The notes below the pieces were generated by a model. It did not search any database. It saw only the letters and a program-made list of their open reading frames with translations, and was not told the DNA's origin. This document shows positions 1-6,007 of a DNA stretch of 10,196 nucleotides, piece after piece. Made by a program: the position numbers and the translations under genes. Where the stretch lies: contig CAZYCQ010000083.1 of assembly GCA_964645535.1 (NCBI GenBank), positions 1 to 10,196 on the forward strand. The letters run 5' to 3'. Origin of the DNA: an uncultured archaeon (lineage in GTDB: Archaea > Asgardarchaeota > Heimdallarchaeia > Heimdallarchaeales > Kariarchaeaceae). The first letter of the stretch is position 1. Each line of letters opens with the position of its first letter.

Positions 1-17
1 CCCTACCATCGCATGAT

Positions 18-467
18 ATGGAAACTGTTCTCATCGATTCAAAACGGGTATATGCTGTGACCCTTGTATTCGGGATTCTGAGCTTGATAATAACCTTCCC
101 CTTTCTGGTCATGTTTGTGACCATTCCTGGTTTTGGTGCTGTAGCATTGGCATTGCGATGGCTGAAAACCCGGTCAAAGACAGGAATGAAACTGGCTCCG
201 ATAGCTGCTGCACTTGATGCCATTTCCTATTTCCTTTCTAGCGGAATTGCTCCCGGTGATTTTCCCACTTGGTATACCGCTATTCATGTGATAACTTGGG
301 TTTTACTGATTGCAATGTTTTTGATCATGAAATGGGAATTGACCATCATTCCACGTCCTGTTGTTGCATTGAATGATGAAGAGACTCGAAGGGCACGAAA
401 AGCCCTGAAGACCCGTGATCCCGAAGACATTATGTCCATTTCCAAAATCAGGGAATGGAATTTCTGA
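18..467 (+). CDS. Hypothetical integral membrane protein (about 4 TM segments)
   Basis: 149-aa ATG ORF with hydrophobic stretches (VYAVTLVFGILSLIITFPF, LVMFVTIPGFGAVALAL, LAPIAAALDAISYFL, IHVITWVLLIAMFLIM) and a charged C-terminal tail; no family motif recognised. Confidence 0.75.
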   Translation: METVLIDSKRVYAVTLVFGILSLIITFPFLVMFVTIPGFGAVALALRWLKTRSKTGMKLAPIAAALDAISYFLSSGIAPGDFPTWYTAIHVITWVLLIAMFLIMKWELTIIPRPVVALNDEETRRARKALKTRDPEDIMSISKIREWNF

Positions 468-523
468 GATGCCCCGTTTTTCCAAAGGCAAAAAACCAAG
501 CTAAAATACTAACAGTTTTGATA

Positions 524-1387
524 ATGGTTATGGATTCCCTCCCCGTAGAACATGTCGAGGAAGACGATCTTGATGACTTCAGATCCGCAGATAAACTGAG
601 AATCAAGCAATGGCCTCCCAAATATAAGAATGGAAGGGTAGGGACTGATCCAGGGGCTTTTTATAAGATTGCCAAGGCGATATTGCAGGGTATGGGAAAA
701 CCATTCCTTCGCCCCAAACTAAAAAATGACTGGGTGCTCCGGAGGCTAGAAGAACGTGGAAAAGGCTTTATTTTTGCATCCAATCATGATTCAGGCTATG
801 ATCCAATCATGCTGATAGGCAATTATATGGGAAAGATGTACATCCTGGCCTTGGACAATCCGTGGTGGGATCTTAAATTGGTGCGAAGTTTCATGGAAAA
901 GGTGGCCGTCATCCCAGTTGCATGGAAAGGCAATAACGAATCCATGCGAGTGGCTATTAGAATTCTCAAAAGCGATTACGCCCTCCTAGTCTTTCCTGAA
1001 GGAAACTTTGTCCATAAACGAAGAAAAATTTACGGAAGAACCGGAATGGCTGTCATGTCTGCAACCACTGGTGCTCCCATACTCCCCATCGGGATTCTGG
1101 GTGTGGATTATCGACATTTCCTTGATTTCATGCCTCCTTTGACCTACAAGATCACCATCAATTATTCCATCCCTCGTATAGTGAAAGATGAATACCGTAT
1201 CGGAGTGAATGAGATTCTTGATCCTGTTGTTGCCCGTGGCATAACAGATGAAATCATGTATGAAATACGCATGGCCTCAAATTTCAATGGTCTTCTCAAA
1301 AAACATGCCATTGAGTTGCTACGCTATTATCGCAGCCCCAAATTTGTCCATAATACCTATACCATGGCAGATCCCGATTTTTCATAA
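524..1387 (+). CDS. plsC: Lysophospholipid / 1-acyl-sn-glycerol-3-phosphate acyltransferase (PlsC/LPLAT family)
   Basis: Catalytic HX4D motif (ASNHDSGYD), FPEG motif (LLVFPEGN) and downstream GAPILPIGI block. ORF opens at 455; ATG 524 or 530 preferred as it avoids overlap with the upstream gene (start uncertain). Exact substrate unknown. Confidence 0.85.
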   Translation: MVMDSLPVEHVEEDDLDDFRSADKLRIKQWPPKYKNGRVGTDPGAFYKIAKAILQGMGKPFLRPKLKNDWVLRRLEERGKGFIFASNHDSGYDPIMLIGNYMGKMYILALDNPWWDLKLVRSFMEKVAVIPVAWKGNNESMRVAIRILKSDYALLVFPEGNFVHKRRKIYGRTGMAVMSATTGAPILPIGILGVDYRHFLDFMPPLTYKITINYSIPRIVKDEYRIGVNEILDPVVARGITDEIMYEIRMASNFNGLLKKHAIELLRYYRSPKFVHNTYTMADPDFS

Positions 1388-1493
1388 GCTGTAAACTTTG
1401 CCTTTCAAAGAATAAGATATCAAAGCCATGTTCAATTTCTTTCATTATCTGTGTAGGAAACAAAAAAAAAACAAAATTGTTGGTTTATTAATC

Positions 1494-2051
1494 ATGCATA
1501 AGAAAATTTTGATGGGATATTTTATGGCTTTTATACTACTTAATTCCAGTATGCATCTTACAAGTGCTTCTGGTGAATATGTAGAACCAACGGATATTTT
1601 TCATGATGTGGATTGTAGGGATGCAAAATCAAGAATTTTGGAACTTGCACAATCATTGATTGCTGGTGGTTGGACCTATCTTCGGATCGGCTTTAATCCT
1701 GTTGCTCCAATGGTTTCCTTTATGTTTGCAATTGAAGAAGGGGATATAGGAGACCTTGGTAGATATCGCTATGGTCATTCTGAGTTTGATAAGTGTGATG
1801 ACCCTGAGTTTCAAAAAATATGGTCATTAATATGGAACCCTCAAACAAATTCTTGGGAAACTATAACCTCAACCAAATCCGAAGTTGTCAGTATTGACTG
1901 GAAAACATTGGCAATTGCTGCCTTACTTGCAGTTGTAGTTATCGGATTAATTTACATCTATATTTATTCTGGTGGGATGGTTGGTGGATCAGGTCCTTCT
2001 TGCCCTGTTGTAAAAGTAGTTCCAAGTTACAATGGCTTAAGCTCCTGTTAG
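1494..2051 (+). CDS. Hypothetical exported, membrane-anchored protein
   Basis: From ATG 1494 the protein starts with a signal-peptide-like segment (MHKKILMGYFMAFILLNSSMHLTSA) and has a C-terminal TM helix (LAIAALLAVVVIGLIYIYIY) followed by a Gly/Cys tail. The longer start at 1428 reads through an A10 tract and looks non-coding. Confidence 0.7.
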   Translation: MHKKILMGYFMAFILLNSSMHLTSASGEYVEPTDIFHDVDCRDAKSRILELAQSLIAGGWTYLRIGFNPVAPMVSFMFAIEEGDIGDLGRYRYGHSEFDKCDDPEFQKIWSLIWNPQTNSWETITSTKSEVVSIDWKTLAIAALLAVVVIGLIYIYIYSGGMVGGSGPSCPVVKVVPSYNGLSSC

Positions 2052-2564
2052 GTGAAAATGATGATCGTCTTCCATCCTATCGTTTGCCAGATCTTTTTTC
2101 TTGTTTCTGAGGATTATCGTGAAACTTTTCATAATCTTCTTGTCCAATATTCTCCTTTTCAAAAGGATTGGGCAATTCTTCGTCGTTACTCTGATGAGAA
2201 TAGTTTTGCAATACTGAAACTAAAAATCCCCATAAGAGAAAAAAAATTGATTGCAACTCAGGATGGAACATTATATACGATCCATATACTCAAAACAAAG
2301 GATTCTTTGCCTTCTCCAAAAACCTCTATTCCAATTCATGCTTTTACAATCATCTGGGACGGCAAAATCCAGGATATTGATGAATGGATGGCTTTATTCA
2401 AGCAATCACTTCATGTGAATTCCTATGGCGCAAATAAGGTCATTTGCTTTGACCTTATCGGTGATTTTCCTTATCAAAATGATCTACCCATCATTCCCAT
2501 TGATGAGGTTAATCTTGACTTCATTTTTGATACAGTTCATTCTATTGTCAACACAATTGCCTAA
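2052..2564 (+). CDS. Hypothetical protein
   Basis: 170-aa ORF abutting the previous stop (GTG 2052, or ATG 2058/2061). A diverged homologous fragment at ~9929-10066 keeps the same amino-acid pattern, supporting that this frame is coding. Confidence 0.7.
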   Translation: MKMMIVFHPIVCQIFFLVSEDYRETFHNLLVQYSPFQKDWAILRRYSDENSFAILKLKIPIREKKLIATQDGTLYTIHILKTKDSLPSPKTSIPIHAFTIIWDGKIQDIDEWMALFKQSLHVNSYGANKVICFDLIGDFPYQNDLPIIPIDEVNLDFIFDTVHSIVNTIA

Positions 2565-2642
2565 TCATCCTTTTCCTCAAAGATCTGGACAAGGTTCCCA
2601 CAGGTGTCGTCAAATATGGCCATATATCCAAATTTTGTTCTG
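2371..2642 (+). repeat. Diverged direct repeat, left (intact) copy spanning the convergent 3' ends of the 170-aa gene and the VOC gene
   Basis: 2519-2586 matches 10021-10088 at 56/68 nt without gaps; weaker gapped similarity extends to about 2371 and 2642. Confidence 0.85.
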
Positions 2643-2941
2643 GTGGGTTCCATGACAAATTCTACCTTGTCTTTCAAACGTGCAAATTCCTTGTCCAAAT
2701 CATCCGTGAACAGCATTAGGGCAGGAATACCTTGTTTCTTCAATCCCTCTTGATACTCCTTTGCAATCGGATTATCATTTGGTTCCAGCAATAACTCGAC
2801 TTGTTTTGATCCCACAGTCACCCAATTGAATTCTCCAACTGGTACGTTAGTTACCATTTCGAACCCCAAAACCTCGGTGTAAAATTTAACTGCCTTTTCT
2901 TGGTCATCCACAAAGACGCTGAACAATCGTAATTTTAACAT
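2561..2941 (-). CDS. VOC family protein (glyoxalase/bleomycin-resistance-like)
   Basis: Typical motifs SVFVDDQEKAVKFYTEVLGF, LMLFTDDLDKEFARL and AIFDDTCGNLVQI; 126 aa; stop overlaps the convergent gene by 4 bp (CTAA, 2561-2564). Confidence 0.92.
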   Translation of the reverse strand: MLKLRLFSVFVDDQEKAVKFYTEVLGFEMVTNVPVGEFNWVTVGSKQVELLLEPNDNPIAKEYQEGLKKQGIPALMLFTDDLDKEFARLKDKVEFVMEPTRTKFGYMAIFDDTCGNLVQIFEEKDD

Positions 2942-2978
2942 AATCTTGGTTAGGGATGTTATTCAAAAGTGTTATTGT

Positions 2979-3560
2979 CTATTTTACAGGAAACCAGATA
3001 TGGCATCCCCTTTTAGTCATTTCATCCAAAAGTTCAAGATGTCTGCCCTCATGTAGAAGGGCATAGTGCAATCTGATTTCTTTCAGTCTTTCCATTTCAA
3101 GGATGGCAGGAGGGAGAATTATGTCGATGTTTGCACTTAAATCAAGATATTCCAGATGCTTTAACATACAGAATTGTGATGGAAGTTCAACGATCTTGTT
3201 GAAAGCAATTCTGAGTTCAACAAGATTTTCCAATTGCAAAATGTCTTCAGGAATTCTTGTTAGTTGATTGAAGGACAAGTCTAGAAACTTCAGATCTTTG
3301 AACCTTCCAATTTCTATCGGAAATTCTTCGAATTGGTTTTTCGATAGATCCAGTCGCTCAAGACCGGTCAAATCCTCCACATAGGGGGGGAGGGTCTTTA
3401 ATCCCAAATTTCTAAGATTAAGACCCTCTACCCTATTCTGGTTGATGCTGAACCCGCGCTCATTCAGCCCAACCTCACTTTTGGTTAACCTTTCTCCGAT
3501 GAACTCCTCAAGTGATTTGATAATGTGATGATCTCTTTCAAGAGCATCGCTAGATGTCAC
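2979..3560 (-). CDS. Leucine-rich repeat protein
   Basis: About five 23-aa repeats of LxxLxLxxNxL/F..hP (LERLDLSKNQFEEFP, LKFLDLSFNQLTRIP, LVELRIAFNKIVELP, LEYLDLSANIDIILP); GTG start, not certain. Confidence 0.9.
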   Translation of the reverse strand: MTSSDALERDHHIIKSLEEFIGERLTKSEVGLNERGFSINQNRVEGLNLRNLGLKTLPPYVEDLTGLERLDLSKNQFEEFPIEIGRFKDLKFLDLSFNQLTRIPEDILQLENLVELRIAFNKIVELPSQFCMLKHLEYLDLSANIDIILPPAILEMERLKEIRLHYALLHEGRHLELLDEMTKRGCHIWFPVK

Positions 3561-3622
3561 TTGTAGAAATAAGTCATCAAATCATATTAGTTTTTCTCTT
3601 TGAGGGATTTTCACAAAGCTCT

Positions 3623-4243
3623 TCAAATCAGTATTATGTGTTTCAAAACATCTGTTTTCACTTCAATTCCGAATTTCGTTGCAATTTGCTCCAACCATGC
3701 ATGCTCTAGTATATCTAGACCTATTACTATTTGATAATCGTACTCTGTTTCTATGAAAAACTTCGGCATTGATGAGAGCAATGCTGTCCATAGCAATGTT
3801 TCTATTTCAACCCCAATGGCTTTCGTCAAACTTTCAAGTACACCTGCAATTTCCGCGTGAATGGACACGCTGATTTCCTTCCCTACGGGATTGCTCTTTT
3901 CTGACTGGATTGTTTGTGGAAAGGCCATGTCATACCTTACTGACGCAGGATCTATTTTTGATAGCTGCACGGCAGTCCATAATCGCATTCTTATGTATTC
4001 CTGTAGCTTGCTTCTTTTCTTGTCCAATTTTCTGGCGAGCTGATTTATTTCAGAAGGTTGAAGATGGAGAGTTACCCATTGACGAGGTCTCATGATTGGA
4101 TGGATGGCCACAAAAGCCTGAATGGTCATCTGTTCTATAAAAAGAGGTAAATCATGTTTGACGGAGCTGTATTTTCCTTGCAAAAACTGCAAAAGACGTT
4201 CCCATTCATTCATTCTGACAGAGAGGTTATGGGTTACACTCAT
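3623..4243 (-). CDS. Hypothetical protein with 3-4 tandem ribbon-helix-helix-like repeats; putative DNA-binding regulator
   Basis: Repeated strand-helix-turn-helix pattern: aa ~4-44 (THNLSVRMNEWERLLQ..), 54-92 (RQWVTLHLQPSEINQLARKLDKKRSKLQEYIRMRLWTAV), 122-155 (KEISVSIHAEIAGVLESLTKAIGVEIETLLWTAL), 170-204 (YQIVIGLDILEHAWLEQIATKFGIEVKTDVLKHII). GGAGG SD upstream; overlaps upstream gene by 17 bp. CDS is solid, fold call is pattern-based. Confidence 0.65.
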   Translation of the reverse strand: MSVTHNLSVRMNEWERLLQFLQGKYSSVKHDLPLFIEQMTIQAFVAIHPIMRPRQWVTLHLQPSEINQLARKLDKKRSKLQEYIRMRLWTAVQLSKIDPASVRYDMAFPQTIQSEKSNPVGKEISVSIHAEIAGVLESLTKAIGVEIETLLWTALLSSMPKFFIETEYDYQIVIGLDILEHAWLEQIATKFGIEVKTDVLKHIILI

Positions 4244-4454
4244 GGAATTCCTCCAGTCTGATCAAATTTGAAAAAATGTCTACAAGAATTGAATAGACAG
4301 CTACAGCAGAAGTATCAGGCCAGGGAAATGTACTTGCAGGTGCGGATAAACGATGGGCTGCTACCCAGAGGGGCTCAGAATTGGTCAGAAGACGACTATA
4401 TTTGTCCCGGATCTGGTTAAGCCTCATCCTATAGGTTTTCAGGGTTCTTCCCAT
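4227..4454 (-). CDS. Small PolB2-associated protein (arCOG07300-like, 'MGRT' family)
   Basis: ATG at 4454 is preceded by a perfect AGGAGGT SD (4461-4467). Sequence MGRTLKTYRMRL...AHRLSAPAS...VYSILVD...RLE resembles, from memory, the small helical proteins encoded beside archaeal polB2. Confidence 0.75.
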   Translation of the reverse strand: MGRTLKTYRMRLNQIRDKYSRLLTNSEPLWVAAHRLSAPASTFPWPDTSAVAVYSILVDIFSNLIRLEEFHECNP

Positions 4455-4692
4455 GAACTGACCTCCTTTCAAGTCTATCAATTCGTTTAAACGCTTCTAC
4501 CATTAGGGTATAGAGAAAAACCTGCATGGCTTCCTTTTGCGTTAGGATTTTCTCCTGCTTTAGGAATCTTTCCTTCAACCCCTCAAGAATCTTCATGGTT
4601 TCATCAAATGCCTTCAAATCGTTTTTTTCCCTTATAACAGGTGCATAGTGTTGTTGAAATTTTTCCTTGAGAATATCCCATTCACTCTTCAT
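4429..4692 (-). CDS. Small helical protein, divergent paralogue of the adjacent MGRT-family protein
   Basis: GAAGGAGG SD; overlaps the radA stop by 11 bp and the next gene by 26 bp. C-terminal VFLYTLMVEAFKRIDRLE aligns without gaps to VAVYSILVDIFSNLIRLE of 4227..4454 (7/18 identical). Confidence 0.7.
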   Translation of the reverse strand: MKSEWDILKEKFQQHYAPVIREKNDLKAFDETMKILEGLKERFLKQEKILTQKEAMQVFLYTLMVEAFKRIDRLERRSVHGKNPENL

Positions 4693-5587
4693 ATTGTATT
4701 TCCTCCTTCATCTTGTGAACTAGATCATCAAAGGAATCGGGTGTCCTATCATTACAGTCTTCAATTCCATTGAAAGTGATGCTAAACCTCCCCTCTGCCT
4801 CAGGAAGATAAGGTGAATCGACAAGTCGTGCTACCGTACAGCTACCTTCTCTCTGCAAGACAATTCTGTGGGTTGTTCCATGTGCCACAATGTTGCCGCC
4901 CACGGCCACCTGCCGTGCTTCACCAAACAGGTTGGACAAATCGGCCATTACTTGATTGGTAACTACAACTGCCCTTGGTTGCTTTTCCGCAAATGCCGCC
5001 AGCTGATTCAGTTGATTGATATGGCGATTCAACAGTTGTTGCCTTTCAAATAACAGATCCTTACCCATGAATTCTGCTCTGAAATTGGCGGTCAAAGAAT
5101 CAACAATTATCAGAATAATTTCGGAATCACTAACTTTCATTACCTCTTCAACAAGTTCCATCTGTTTTTCAGTGCTAGGAGCCTTGCCAACAAATATTCT
5201 GTTCAATATCTCCTGGGGATCAACATCAAACCTTCTGCAGATCTGCAATATGCGTTCTGGTCTGAAACTTCCTTCAGTATCAATGTAAACTGCCTTTCCC
5301 CCGTTCCCTCCCAATTCCTTCGGTAATGTGGCCATAACAAGCAACTGGAGGCAAATTTGTGTCTTTCCTGTCCTGTACTCCCCAAAAAATTCAGTTACAG
5401 CCCCTTGCTCAATACCTCCGCCTAGTATCCGATTAAGAGCCTTACTTCCCGTATCTATTCTGAAAAATTTCTCCCTCTCCTTGAGCACATGATGTGCACT
5501 TTTAAACAGCGATAATACATTGTCTTTTTCAGGTAGAGCTACCTTATCCTCTTTTTGAACTCCTTCCTCGCGTTGCGGCAATGCCAT
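4682..5587 (-). CDS. radA: RadA/Rad51-family recombinase paralogue lacking the N-terminal HhH domain
   Basis: FxxA polymerisation motif (FKSA), TGSKALNRILGGGIE, Walker A GEYRTGKT, YIDTEGSFRPER, Walker B IIVDS, TNQV, GGNIVAH, DSPYLPEAE. Start set at ATG 5587 (GTGAGGA SD-like at 5598-5604); the ORF-track extension to 5653 runs through the shared upstream motif. Confidence 0.9.
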   Translation of the reverse strand: MALPQREEGVQKEDKVALPEKDNVLSLFKSAHHVLKEREKFFRIDTGSKALNRILGGGIEQGAVTEFFGEYRTGKTQICLQLLVMATLPKELGGNGGKAVYIDTEGSFRPERILQICRRFDVDPQEILNRIFVGKAPSTEKQMELVEEVMKVSDSEIILIIVDSLTANFRAEFMGKDLLFERQQLLNRHINQLNQLAAFAEKQPRAVVVTNQVMADLSNLFGEARQVAVGGNIVAHGTTHRIVLQREGSCTVARLVDSPYLPEAEGRFSITFNGIEDCNDRTPDSFDDLVHKMKEEIQYEE

Positions 5588-5623
5588 TGTTGAACGTTCC
5601 TCACATCTTGATGAGATTTTCAT

Positions 5624-5713
5624 CCATAAAAATGAATACGGACGCTTTGTCAAGAGACAGGGGGTGTTAAGCGAAAGTATTTTTTGCTTGTTTTTTCAAC
5701 TTGCCGCAGAAAT
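5624..5713 (-). promoter_or_regulatory. Conserved promoter/operator upstream of the radA operon (copy 1)
   Basis: Plus-strand blocks CCATAAAAAT (5624-5633), ACGGACGCTTTGTCA (5638-5652), GAAAGTATT-N4-GCTT (5673-5689) and TTGCCGCAGAAAT (5701-5713) recur in the same order at 9279-9367. The first block reads ATTTTTATGG (TATA-like) on the coding strand. Confidence 0.75.
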
Positions 5714-6007
5714 ATTTTCTTGCGTCTAGTTATTTGTTATTTATAATTTATACAATTGGTATCTTTTCTTCTTAAGGCCAACAAAATCTTGCGTTTGTCC
5801 CAACGTAACTGTGTGGTGTTCACCAATGTCTCGCCCTTCACCATATCCTTTTCTTTGAAAGGAATTACCACCTAATCACCAAAATCAGATTCTACAATTT
5901 CTGTATATGGGTTCTCCTCCTTCGTGGCTTGAAGATTCCATTACGATCAAAATGAACCACCTCTTTAGTAGGGAATCTGTTTTGATTTGCCACATTCAAG
6001 GTAAATC

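Noticed and set aside
4455-4481. Extension MIDLKGGQF of the 84-aa ORF
   Set aside because: Contains the AGGAGGT SD for ATG 4454; the family-like sequence begins at MGRT.
5588-5653. N-terminal 22-aa extension of RadA from TTG 5653 in the ORF track
   Set aside because: Overlaps the conserved promoter blocks; ATG 5587 has an SD-like sequence and fits the promoter spacing.
5655-5724. Replication origin ORB (GAAAT core, G-run, imperfect palindrome CGCAGAAA..TTTCTTGCG)
   Set aside because: No full ORB consensus or cdc6 gene nearby; the G-run and palindrome are absent from the second motif copy.
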